From an uncultured delta proteobacterium (lineage in GTDB: Bacteria > Myxococcota_A > Polyangia > Palsa-1104), in NCBI GenBank assembly GCA_963785725.1, contig CAWAWS010000033.1, forward strand, positions 128,001-192,000: 64,000 nucleotides of DNA, read 5' to 3'. Both the position numbers and the translations under genes were made by a program. Position 1 is the stretch's first letter; every line of letters starts with the position of its first letter. Positions 31,572-40,765 of this stretch are shown piece after piece. The notes beneath the pieces are model-generated. The model did no database searches. It saw nothing but the letters and a program-made list of their open reading frames with translations, and was not told the DNA's origin.

Positions 31572-34208
31572 TCAATCGGCCAGCACGATGACGTTCTCGT
31601 CCCACGACGTCACCACCAGCTCGCCGGCGGTCAGGATGGCGAGACCGCGCGGCGTGTTGAGCCCGGCCGGCGCCGGGCCCGCGAGCACGCCGACGACGTT
31701 GGGCACGCCGAGCACGGTGCTCATCTCCTGCGTCGCCGGATCGTAGACGCGCACGACCTGGTTGAACTCGTCGGCGAGCAGGATCTGCTGCGCGGGCGTC
31801 CAGATGATGTGGAACGGCGTCGCCATTTGCGCCGTCGCCGCCGCGCCGTCGACGTAGCCGGGCTGCCCCATGGTGTTGACGATCGTCGTCACGCTGCCGT
31901 CGCTCAAGCTGACTTTGCGCAGCGCGCTGTTGCCGGAGTCGCCGACGTAGAGGAAGCCGCTCGCGTCGTAGAGGATGCCGCCGGGGCTGGAAAAGCGCGC
32001 GGCGCTGGCGGCGCCATCGACGAAGCCGGACATGCTGGAGCCGCCCGACAGCGTCGTCGTCTTCGTGGCGCCCATCGCCAAGCTGGAGACGATCTGCACG
32101 CCTTGCGTGACGTAGACGGTGCCTTTGCCGTCGTAGACGAGGTCGTGTGGCTCCGTCACGCCCGAGGCCAGCGTCGTCACCTGCTGCGACTGGAGATCGT
32201 AGGTGCGCACGGCGTTGTTGGCGTAGTCGGCGAAATAGAGGGTCTGCGCGCCGTCGAACGCCAGATAGTGCGCCGAGCCGATCTGCGCCGCGCTGCCGGC
32301 GCCGTCGTTGGTGCCGCCTTGACCGGGGGTGCCGGCGACGGTGGAGACGACGGCGCTGTAGCTGCCGCCGGCGGTCGAGATGGCGAGCTTGCGGATCGTG
32401 TTGTTGTAGAAGTCGCCGACGTAGACGTCGTTGCCGACGGCGACGGCGCCCCACGAGCCGTTGAAGCGCGCCAGCGCGCCCGGGCCGTCGAGCGTGCCGG
32501 TCTGGAACGGCGAGCCGGCGAACGTCGAGACCGTGGGCGTCGCGCCGAGCGCGCCGGCGATGCGGCGAACGACGTTGTTCTGCGCGTCGAAGACGAAGAC
32601 GTCGCTGCCGGCGACGGCGACGCAGCCGGGGCCGCGGAAGCGCGCCTGCGTGCCGAGCGCGTCGAGCCAGCCCGACGGCGAGCCGTTCGACGGGCCGGCG
32701 ATGGTCGTGCGCTGGCCGTTGGATTTGGCGATGGTGGTGACGCTGTTGTTGCCGTACTCGGCGACGACGACGACACCGCTCGTGGCGTCGCCGAAGCTGG
32801 CCAGCCCGGCCGGCGTCGTCAGGCGCGCGGCGGCGCCGACGGCGTCGACGTTGCCGTTCATGCCGGCGGTGCCCGCCAGCGTCGTCACCGTCGCCGACAC
32901 CGGATCGACGGCGCGGATGACGTGATCGCCTTCGTCGGAGACGTAGATGGTCGTGCCGTCGTAGACGAGGCCGATGGGCCGGTCGAAGCTGGCCGGACCG
33001 GGAGTGCTGTCGACCGACGACTGCGTGCCGTTGCCGGCGAGCGTCGTCGTGGCGCCGCTGGTGATGTTGATGGAGCGGACGCGGTTGTTGCCCCATTCGG
33101 CGAGATAGAGCAGCCCGCGCGCTTCGTCGAGCGCCAGGCCGCCCGGCGTCGAGAAGCGCACCTGCGTCGCCGTCGGGCTGTCGACGATGCCGCTGGTGTC
33201 GGGCTGCCCGCACAGCGTCGACAGCTTGGGCGGCGACTGGGTCAAGTCGGCGACGCGAATCGTCTGCGCGCTGGCGTCGGCGATATAGAGCTTGGTCTCG
33301 GCCGTATCGAGCGCCATGCCGTAGGGATCGCGGATCGTCGCCGGTGGATCGCTCGCCTGCGTCGGGCTGTCGGCGATGCCGCTCGTGCCGGGCACGCCGA
33401 CGATGGTCGTGACCGCGCCCGTGGCCACGTCGATGCGGCGGACGACGCTGTTGGCGCGATCGCCGACGTAGAGGTGCTTGCCGTCGCTGGAGGCGATGAT
33501 GACGCCGTCGTAGGGCCCGAAGTTGAAGCGCGCCGCGGTGCCGACGGCGTCGACATCGCCGGTGCCGCCGGCCGCGCCCGCGAGCAGCACGACGTTGTTG
33601 AAGCCGACGGTGACCGGCACCGTGACCGACGCCGTCGCGTCGGACGCATCGGTGGCGACGACGTGAAAGAGGCCGGCATACGCGGGCGCCGTGTAGTTGC
33701 CGTCAGCGTCGATGCTGCCGCCGGTCGTCGACTCGACGACGCTCCAGGTGACCTCGCGCGTCGCCGTCAGCGCCAGCGTGCGGTTGCGGCCGACCGTCGC
33801 CGGCGACGGCGTGACCGCCAGCGGCTGCGGCGCCGACGCCATGAGCGTGATCGTCAGCTTGGCGATCCCGCCCGGCTTGAGCGTCACCGTGCCTTGGCCG
33901 GCGACGAGCGCGATGCCATGCGCGTCTTGCCCGACGAGGCTCAGCGTCACCGTCCCGCCCGACGTGTGCGGCCGATAGCGAAAGCGCTCGACGCGCGTGG
34001 CCGCGAAGCCATCGAGCGCCAACGACGTCTGCCCGCTCTCGGCGCCGCTCACCGTCAGCGCCAACGAGTGCACCGCCGCCAGCGTCGCCGCCGGCACCGT
34101 CGCCGGCGCCAACAGCGTGACGTCGACGGCATATTCCTTGGTGCAGCTGGACGACAGCAGCACGAACGCCAGCCACAACGAGCGCGAACGGAGCGTCACC
34201 GCCGTCAC
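31572..34208 (-). CDS. NHL-repeat beta-propeller lipoprotein 2 (module B)
   Basis: Lipobox LSSSC; many LYxAD.xN..IR / TTLAG / ARF..P.G repeats; start GTG 34208 or 34199. Confidence 0.88.
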   Translation of the reverse strand: MTAVTLRSRSLWLAFVLLSSSCTKEYAVDVTLLAPATVPAATLAAVHSLALTVSGAESGQTSLALDGFAATRVERFRYRPHTSGGTVTLSLVGQDAHGIALVAGQGTVTLKPGGIAKLTITLMASAPQPLAVTPSPATVGRNRTLALTATREVTWSVVESTTGGSIDADGNYTAPAYAGLFHVVATDASDATASVTVPVTVGFNNVVLLAGAAGGTGDVDAVGTAARFNFGPYDGVIIASSDGKHLYVGDRANSVVRRIDVATGAVTTIVGVPGTSGIADSPTQASDPPATIRDPYGMALDTAETKLYIADASAQTIRVADLTQSPPKLSTLCGQPDTSGIVDSPTATQVRFSTPGGLALDEARGLLYLAEWGNNRVRSINITSGATTTLAGNGTQSSVDSTPGPASFDRPIGLVYDGTTIYVSDEGDHVIRAVDPVSATVTTLAGTAGMNGNVDAVGAAARLTTPAGLASFGDATSGVVVVAEYGNNSVTTIAKSNGQRTTIAGPSNGSPSGWLDALGTQARFRGPGCVAVAGSDVFVFDAQNNVVRRIAGALGATPTVSTFAGSPFQTGTLDGPGALARFNGSWGAVAVGNDVYVGDFYNNTIRKLAISTAGGSYSAVVSTVAGTPGQGGTNDGAGSAAQIGSAHYLAFDGAQTLYFADYANNAVRTYDLQSQQVTTLASGVTEPHDLVYDGKGTVYVTQGVQIVSSLAMGATKTTTLSGGSSMSGFVDGAASAARFSSPGGILYDASGFLYVGDSGNSALRKVSLSDGSVTTIVNTMGQPGYVDGAAATAQMATPFHIIWTPAQQILLADEFNQVVRVYDPATQEMSTVLGVPNVVGVLAGPAPAGLNTPRGLAILTAGELVVTSWDENVIVLAD

Positions 34209-34297
34209 TATATCATCGTCCACGCGCGCTCGGCTCGGCCACGCGACAAGAAGTCGTCGTGAATGTGCGAGTGGGGAAAGCTGCGCCCGAGAAGTAG

Positions 34298-36982
34298 CTA
34301 GTTGGCGATTTGGATGACCGACTCGCCGGCGCTCTCGACGATGAGCTCGCCGGTCGCGAACGCGGCCACGCCGGTCGGGAAGCTGAGCCCGCCGGGCGCG
34401 GCGCCGGCGAGCACGCCGCCGGCGTTGGCGACGCCGAGCAGCGTGCCGACCTCTTGCGACGCCGGATCGTAGACGCGCACGACCTCGTCGTCGGTGATGA
34501 GCAGCTGGCCGTTGGGCAGCATCGCCAGGCCGAAGGGCGACTCGAGCTGCGCGAACGCCGCCGGGCCATCGAGGTAGCCGACGGTGCCCATGACGTTGAC
34601 GACCGTGGTGACGTAGCCGCTCGCGAGATCGATGCGACGAATGGAGCTGGCGCTGGAATCGGCGACGTAGAGCGCGCCGGTGCCGTCGTAGACGATGCCG
34701 GTCGGATAGTTGAAGCGCGCTTCGGCGGCGCTGCCGTCGACCGCGATGCCGCCGCCGGCCGCGCCCCACATCGTCGTCGCCGGGCCGCTCGGCAGCGCGA
34801 TCTTGAGGACGGCGCCCGAGTCTTCGGTGACGTACATCGTCGTCGGGTCGACGAGCGCGGCGCCGCGCGGCAGCGCCACTTTGGTGACGATGGTGGTGAC
34901 CTGGCCGCTGGTCGTGTCGACGCTGCGGATGGCGCTGGCGTCGCAATCGATGACGTAGACGGTCGACGCGCCGTCGTAGACGAGGCCGGGCGCGGCGCCG
35001 AAGGTCGCGGCCGTGCCTTTGCCGTCGCTGGTGCCTTCGGTGCCGCTGCCGGCGAGCGTGGTGACGGTGGCCGCGAAGCCGCCGCCGGCGGCGCTGCTGA
35101 TGGCGATGTCGCGGATGCGATAGTTGGCGAAGTCGGCGATGAAGGCCACTGCTTTGGCGGTCGTGCCGCCGAGCGCGATGGCGTAAGGCGAGGAGAACTG
35201 CGCCTGCGCGCCCGCGCCGTTGGCGCTGCCGGCGTGCTGCGGCCAGCCAGCGAAGGTCGTGACCGCGTGCGTCGCGCCGGCGACGCTGGCGACGCGACGG
35301 ATGCAGCTGTTGCCGCTGTCGATGACGAACGCGTCGCCGCCGGCGATGGCGACCCCGGTCGCGCCGTTGAAGCGAACGCTGGCGCCGGTGCCGTCGGCGT
35401 AGCCGAGGCCGGGCGGATTCGTCGTCGAGCCGGCGAGCGTGGTGACGACGCCCGAGGACTTGACGATGAGGCGCAGGTTGCCGTTGTTGGGATCGCCGAC
35501 GACGAGCTGCCCCGACGCGGCGGTGCCGATGGACGCGACGCCGTTGGGCCGGCTGAAGAGCGCGGCCGCGCCGGTGCCGTCGCCGTTGCCGAAGTTGCCG
35601 GCGGTGCCGGCCAGCGTCGTCACCGTCGAATTCGACAGCGTGATCTTGCGGACGACGCCGTCGGCTTCACTGAAGTAGACCGCCTGATCGTCGATGGCGA
35701 CGCCGATGGGGTTGGACAGCTGCACCGGCCCCGGGTTGCTGTCGACGGAGGCGCAGTTGCCGTTGCCGGCGAGCGTCGTCGTGGCGCCGCCGGCGATGGC
35801 GACCGAGCGCACGCGGCAGTTGTTGTACTCGGCGACGTAGAGGAGGCCGCGCTTTTCGTCGAGCGCGATGCCGAGCAGCGTGTTGAATACGGCGGCGGAG
35901 CCGGTGGGCGCGTCGCCGTAGCCGTAAATGTAGGGCTGGCCGGCGACGGTGGTGACGCGCGGCGGCGTCATCGTCAGGTCGATGGCGCGGATGGTGGCGT
36001 TGCCGAAGTCGCTGACGTAGACGTGCTGCTCGGCGGCGTCGACGGCGATGCCCCAGGGCGCGCTGAACGTCGCCGGCGGATCGCCGGGATGGCTCGGGCT
36101 GTCGTTGGCGCCGTTGACGCCGGGCACGCCGGCGATGGTGGTGACGGCGCCCGACGCGATGTCGATGCGACGGACGGTGCCGTTGCCGCGATCGGCGACG
36201 TACAGGTGCGTGCCGGCGCTGTTGGCGGCGAGGCTGGAGTCGCCGCCGACGAAGTCGAAGCGCGCGTCGTTGCCGGTGCCGTCGCGGCTGCCGGAGCCGC
36301 CGGGCATGCCGGCCAACGTCGCCAGCGTGTTGTAGCCGACGGTGACGGTGACGCTGGTGGAGCCGCCGCCGTTGGCGCTGGCGACGACGTGATAGAGGCC
36401 GGGAATGGCGGGCGCGTGATAGGTGCCGTCGCTGCCGATGCTACCGCCGTTGGTCTCGACGACGCTCCAGATGACGGCGGCGCCGGCGCTGAAGCTGACG
36501 CTGCCGTTGCGCCCGACGCTGGCCGCGGCCGGCGTCACCGTCGGTCCGGCCGCGCCCATGTCGCCGGCCGAGGCGCTCGTGCCCGGCGGCGTGAGCACGA
36601 TCTGCAGCTTGGCGCGACCGTGGACGAGCGTCGCCATCGCGCTGCCGCTCGCCAACACGTGGCCGCCGCCGTCGACGGCGCTGACGGCGATCGTGAGTGC
36701 GCCGCTCGACGCGCTCGGCAGGTACCAGAGCTGCTGGCTGTGCGTCGCCGTCAGCCCGTCGGCCAGCATGCGATATTGGTTGCTCTCGGCGCCGCTGGCC
36801 GCGACGAGGAAGTACTGCAGCGACGTCGCCTGCGCCGCCGTCAGCTGCGGCGCGCTGACCGTGACCTCGACGCCGCCGGCGCTGTTCTGCGGCGCGCAGC
36901 CGACGCCGCCGATGACGACGCTGCCGCAGCCGACCAGGGCGCAAGCGAGGATCCCGAACCGACGCAGCGTCGCTTCCCGCAT
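34298..36982 (-). CDS. NHL-repeat beta-propeller lipoprotein 1 (module B)
   Basis: GAGGAGG RBS, ATG 36982; lipobox-like LVGC/GVGC; NHL repeats collinear with 31572-34208. Confidence 0.9.
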   Translation of the reverse strand: MREATLRRFGILACALVGCGSVVIGGVGCAPQNSAGGVEVTVSAPQLTAAQATSLQYFLVAASGAESNQYRMLADGLTATHSQQLWYLPSASSGALTIAVSAVDGGGHVLASGSAMATLVHGRAKLQIVLTPPGTSASAGDMGAAGPTVTPAAASVGRNGSVSFSAGAAVIWSVVETNGGSIGSDGTYHAPAIPGLYHVVASANGGGSTSVTVTVGYNTLATLAGMPGGSGSRDGTGNDARFDFVGGDSSLAANSAGTHLYVADRGNGTVRRIDIASGAVTTIAGVPGVNGANDSPSHPGDPPATFSAPWGIAVDAAEQHVYVSDFGNATIRAIDLTMTPPRVTTVAGQPYIYGYGDAPTGSAAVFNTLLGIALDEKRGLLYVAEYNNCRVRSVAIAGGATTTLAGNGNCASVDSNPGPVQLSNPIGVAIDDQAVYFSEADGVVRKITLSNSTVTTLAGTAGNFGNGDGTGAAALFSRPNGVASIGTAASGQLVVGDPNNGNLRLIVKSSGVVTTLAGSTTNPPGLGYADGTGASVRFNGATGVAIAGGDAFVIDSGNSCIRRVASVAGATHAVTTFAGWPQHAGSANGAGAQAQFSSPYAIALGGTTAKAVAFIADFANYRIRDIAISSAAGGGFAATVTTLAGSGTEGTSDGKGTAATFGAAPGLVYDGASTVYVIDCDASAIRSVDTTSGQVTTIVTKVALPRGAALVDPTTMYVTEDSGAVLKIALPSGPATTMWGAAGGGIAVDGSAAEARFNYPTGIVYDGTGALYVADSSASSIRRIDLASGYVTTVVNVMGTVGYLDGPAAFAQLESPFGLAMLPNGQLLITDDEVVRVYDPASQEVGTLLGVANAGGVLAGAAPGGLSFPTGVAAFATGELIVESAGESVIQIAN

Positions 36983-37036
36983 CCGACCTCCTCGCTGCCG
37001 CTGCAGCAACCGCGACCGCAACTGTTACTGCGACAA

Positions 37037-38728
37037 CTAGAACGGATCCTCGATCTGCCCTTCACCGGCCAAGCTCTTGATCGGCTTCTTCGGCAAGCGC
37101 GCCAGCTCGACCTCGAGCTCGGCGTGCGCGTCGCCGGCGACGACACGCGTGGCGCTGCGGAAGCCCGGCTTGCGAATGACGAGCGCGCGCTTGCCCGCCT
37201 GCGCCGGCAGCTCCGTCGTCAGCGGCACCGTGCCGAGCACGTGATCGCCCTGCACGACCTGCGCGCCGTCGGTGCCGGCGACGTGCAGGCGCACCGGCTG
37301 CGGCGCCGGCGCCGCCACGACCAGCTGCGGCGGCGACGGCATCGTCGGCGCCACAGCCAACGCCGACTCACGCGTCACCACCGGCATCGGCGGCGAGATC
37401 GGCGGCGCCGAGGCGGTCATCGTCATCTGCGTCATCTGCGGCGCCCGACCGTCGCCGAAGCGGATCACCGTCAGCGCCACGATGAGCGCCGCCGCGCACG
37501 AGCCGGCCACGATGATCGCCCGCCGATGCCCCTGCGGGCGCAGCGACACCACCGGCAGCTCGATCGACTGCATCTCGCCCGTGGTCCGGCTCAACGTCGT
37601 CTCGGTGCGGTCGAGCAGCGGCACGACCGGGCTCGACGCGACGCCGATCTGCCCCGAGCGCGCCATCGGCAAGGGCGGCGGCACGAACGGCGACTCCTGC
37701 GCCATCGTCACTTCCAGCTCCGCCAGCTCCGCCGGTAAGTCGTCGTGCTCTTCCAGCACCGCGTCTTGGTCGAGCGAGGGCAAGAGCTCGACTTGCGCCG
37801 CCGACGGCATCTCCAGCGTGGCGATGAACACGCGCTGCCGATCGGACGTGCCGCGCCGCTCGCGCACGATCGGCGCCAGCGCCTGCACCACTTCGCCGCA
37901 GCTCTGAAAGCGATCTTCACGATTGCGCGCCAGCATGCGCAGCACGATCGTGTCCAGCTCGGCCGTGATGTCCGGCCGCATCGACGACGGCGCCGGCGGA
38001 TTGGCGTCGCGAATGCGGCGCAGCGTCTGCAAGTCGTCCTCGCCGCGAAAGACGCGCCGCATGGTCAACAGCTCGTGCAGCACGATGCCGAGCGAGAAGA
38101 TGTCCGACCGGCGATCGACGGGATCGCCTTCGGCCTGCTCCGGCGACATGTAACTGATCTTGCCCTTGAGCGTGCCCGTGCGCGTCAGATCGTCGCGCAT
38201 GTGGCTGGCCGCTTTGGCGATGCCGAAGTCGAGCAGCTTCACGTCGCCCGTCGCCGTCATCATGATGTTCGACGGGCTCACATCGCGATGCACGATCTCG
38301 AGCGGCCGCCCTTCGCCGTCGTGCAGCGCGTGCGCATAATCGAGCGCGCTCGCCACCTCGGCGACGATGCGGCAGGCGATCTCGACGGGAATCAGCCGCT
38401 TCAAGTTGGCGACGCGGCGAGCGACCTGCACGAGGTCGAAGCCTTCGATGTGCTCCATCGCCAAGAACGGCTGGCCTTGCATGGCGCCGAACTCGAACAC
38501 GCGCACGATATTGGGATGTCGTAAGAGAACGCTGAGCCGCGCCTCCGCTAAGAACATCTTGACGAAGCTGGAGTCGCGCGCGACTTCGGGAAGGATGCGC
38601 TTGACGACACAGCGCTGCCCGACTGAGCCGCCTTCGTGCAGCATTGCTTCATAGACAATCGCCATTCCGCCCCGACCGAGCACCTTACCCAGTCGATATT
38701 TTGCGAGAGGCTGAACACTCATTGTCAC
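37037..38728 (-). CDS. Membrane Ser/Thr kinase with PEGA-like domain and DPF tail (module B)
   Basis: LGRGGMAIVY, VVK, HRDVSPSN, DFGIAK, GKISYMSPEQ; TM; VIRKPGFRS; ends QIEDPF. Confidence 0.92.
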   Translation of the reverse strand: MTMSVQPLAKYRLGKVLGRGGMAIVYEAMLHEGGSVGQRCVVKRILPEVARDSSFVKMFLAEARLSVLLRHPNIVRVFEFGAMQGQPFLAMEHIEGFDLVQVARRVANLKRLIPVEIACRIVAEVASALDYAHALHDGEGRPLEIVHRDVSPSNIMMTATGDVKLLDFGIAKAASHMRDDLTRTGTLKGKISYMSPEQAEGDPVDRRSDIFSLGIVLHELLTMRRVFRGEDDLQTLRRIRDANPPAPSSMRPDITAELDTIVLRMLARNREDRFQSCGEVVQALAPIVRERRGTSDRQRVFIATLEMPSAAQVELLPSLDQDAVLEEHDDLPAELAELEVTMAQESPFVPPPLPMARSGQIGVASSPVVPLLDRTETTLSRTTGEMQSIELPVVSLRPQGHRRAIIVAGSCAAALIVALTVIRFGDGRAPQMTQMTMTASAPPISPPMPVVTRESALAVAPTMPSPPQLVVAAPAPQPVRLHVAGTDGAQVVQGDHVLGTVPLTTELPAQAGKRALVIRKPGFRSATRVVAGDAHAELEVELARLPKKPIKSLAGEGQIEDPF

Positions 38729-38795
38729 CTATGAGTTTATCGACGGTAGCGTAATAGCGTCAATCGCTGTCTTAAGGACTATGTTAAGATGAGGA

Positions 38796-39464
38796 GTGCG
38801 AATGCGCTTGCGTCATCCAATGTACGTACTGTCGTTATGCGTACTCGTGAATGCTCTCTGTGCCGCGCGCGCGCATGCCAAACCGACGACAAACGAGCTG
38901 GCCAGGGCCCACTTCGAGCTCGGACGGGCTCAGTACAAACACGGTGACTATGAAGGCGCGCTGCGCGAGTTCGACGAGTCCTTCAAGCTACAACAAGCGC
39001 CTTTGCTGCTCTATAACGCCGGATTGGCAGCGCGCAAAGCCGGGCATGACGCAGTCGCGTTGCACCGATTTGAAGATTATCTAAAACGCGCGCCCGACGA
39101 CGCCGCCGAGCGCAGCGAAGTACAACGTTATGTCGATGAGTTGCACGCGGCCGGGATTACGGAGGAGCCGCAAACGCCGGCGGTCGTCGCGCCGCCGCCG
39201 GTCGTCGCGCCGCCGCCGCCGCTGACGCCGGTTCCCGTCGTCGTCGCGCCGCCTGCGTCAGATTCGCCGCACCCGGTGCCCGTCTACAAAAAGTGGTGGC
39301 TGTGGACGACCGTGGGCGTCGTCGTCTTGGCCGGCGTTGGTGTCGGTGTCGGCTTGGCGTTGTCGCAGGGCGATAACTTCAAACCGACATTGCCCGACGT
39401 CTCGCTCAATTCGCTGCCGGCGCACGCCGCCGCGTCATTGACGTTCCGCTTGGCGCGCCACTAA
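38796..39464 (+). CDS. Exported TPR protein with C-terminal PVYKKWWLWT membrane tail (module B)
   Basis: Signal peptide; ARAHFELGRAQYKHGDYEGALREFD TPR; PVYKKWWLWTTVGVVVLAGVGVGVGLAL. Confidence 0.85.
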   Translation: MRMRLRHPMYVLSLCVLVNALCAARAHAKPTTNELARAHFELGRAQYKHGDYEGALREFDESFKLQQAPLLLYNAGLAARKAGHDAVALHRFEDYLKRAPDDAAERSEVQRYVDELHAAGITEEPQTPAVVAPPPVVAPPPPLTPVPVVVAPPASDSPHPVPVYKKWWLWTTVGVVVLAGVGVGVGLALSQGDNFKPTLPDVSLNSLPAHAAASLTFRLARH

Positions 39465-39494
39465 GCGACGCCGAGAATTCCTTAAGCGCGCATT

Positions 39495-39517
39495 GCGCGA
39501 ATGCCAAGCATTCGTGC
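39495..39517. terminator. Hairpin between convergent genes
   Basis: gcgcgaatgc-caa-gcattcgtgc. Confidence 0.45.
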
Positions 39518-39526
39518 GCGGTCGTT

Positions 39527-40207
39527 TTACGAGCCGGGCGCCCACTGAAAGGGCAATGGCAACTTTGCGATCTGCGTAAGCGCCTCCTCTTGCCAGTGCG
39601 CATTCGATCGCTGCAGCGGCAAGAGCGCGTCGTAAGCCGACAAGAGCCAGTGCACGTAATCGTCGACGGTGAACGGCTGCTCGCGCGGCTGCAGCGCGGC
39701 CGCCTCGTCCCAGCGCTCGACGACGCGCAGATAGAGCGCGCGCGCTTGCAGATCGACGAGGACGGCGTCGGCGAGCGCGCCTTTGTCGGCTTCGAAGCGC
39801 GCGCGCTGCGGCGGCGGACAGAGCGCGTGCCCCAGAAAGTCGACGCCGGTCGGCGCGCGCCACGCCGAATGCAGCGGATAGACGCGGCAGGCGAGCGGAC
39901 GCGCCGCGTGCACGCCGCAGCGATGGGCTTGGCCGAGCGACATGAGCAGCGCGCAGGCGCCGTTCGGCTGTTTGCGCAGGAGGAACGCCTGGCGCGGACC
40001 GCCGCGATGGAGCGTGAACGACTCGGCCCAATCGTCGGGTGTCGTGCGCACGGTGACGAGCGACGACCAGGGCACGGCGAGCGCGCGCAACAGGCGCCAC
40101 AAGTCGTGACCATTGACGGGCACGACGTACTCGAAGCAGCACGGCGTCGTGCAGCCGAAGCAGGCCGACGCGCTCGCGGCCTGGCCGTGGACGACGGGCA
40201 GCTTCAT
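39527..40207 (-). CDS. YkgJ/FliB-family (CxxCxxCC-type) Zn/Fe-chelating protein 2
   Basis: CFGCTTPCC, GACALL, RCGVHAARPLACRVYP; ATGA overlap with the upstream gene. Confidence 0.88.
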   Translation of the reverse strand: MKLPVVHGQAASASACFGCTTPCCFEYVVPVNGHDLWRLLRALAVPWSSLVTVRTTPDDWAESFTLHRGGPRQAFLLRKQPNGACALLMSLGQAHRCGVHAARPLACRVYPLHSAWRAPTGVDFLGHALCPPPQRARFEADKGALADAVLVDLQARALYLRVVERWDEAAALQPREQPFTVDDYVHWLLSAYDALLPLQRSNAHWQEEALTQIAKLPLPFQWAPGS

Positions 40208-40758
40208 CGGGCGGCGGTCATCCACGTGAGGTAGTCGTCGATGACGTGGCGACGGCCGCTGCGCGCGACGGCCTCATTCCAGCGCCCGCGAGCGGCGGCG
40301 TCGGCGGCGGATTCGGCGACGGCAGCGTCGATGTCGGCGCGCGCGTCGCCGATTCGCGCGCGCCAGGCGGCGGCGAGCGGCGGCGGGCAGGCGGCGTCGT
40401 TGCCGAGCGCGACCTGCGGCGCGGCGGTCGGCAGATCGGCATCGGCGGCGGCGGCGAGCGCGACGTGCCACGGGTAGACGCGACAAGAGAGCGGGCGAAC
40501 GGCGTGCACGCCGCAGCGTCGCGTCGTGCCCAACGAGACGGCGAAGACGCAGCTGCCGTCGCCGGCGTGGCGCAAGCGGAAGCCGTAGCGCGGGCCGTCG
40601 GCGGCGAGCAGGAAGCCGTCGTCGTCGCTGACGACGGCCGCGAACGACGACCACGACAGGCCCAGCGCGGCTTGCAGGCGGCCCACGTCGGCGGCGCCGA
40701 GCGCGACCGCGCGGCCGACACAGCAGGGCGCGGCGCAGGTGACGCACGGCGAGCTCAT
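40204..40758 (-). CDS. YkgJ/FliB-family (CxxCxxCC-type) Zn/Fe-chelating protein 1
   Basis: CVTCAAPCC, DGSCVF, RCGVHAVRPLSCRVYPW. Confidence 0.88.
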   Translation of the reverse strand: MSSPCVTCAAPCCVGRAVALGAADVGRLQAALGLSWSSFAAVVSDDDGFLLAADGPRYGFRLRHAGDGSCVFAVSLGTTRRCGVHAVRPLSCRVYPWHVALAAAADADLPTAAPQVALGNDAACPPPLAAAWRARIGDARADIDAAVAESAADAAARGRWNEAVARSGRRHVIDDYLTWMTAAR

Positions 40759-40765
40759 GCGACCG

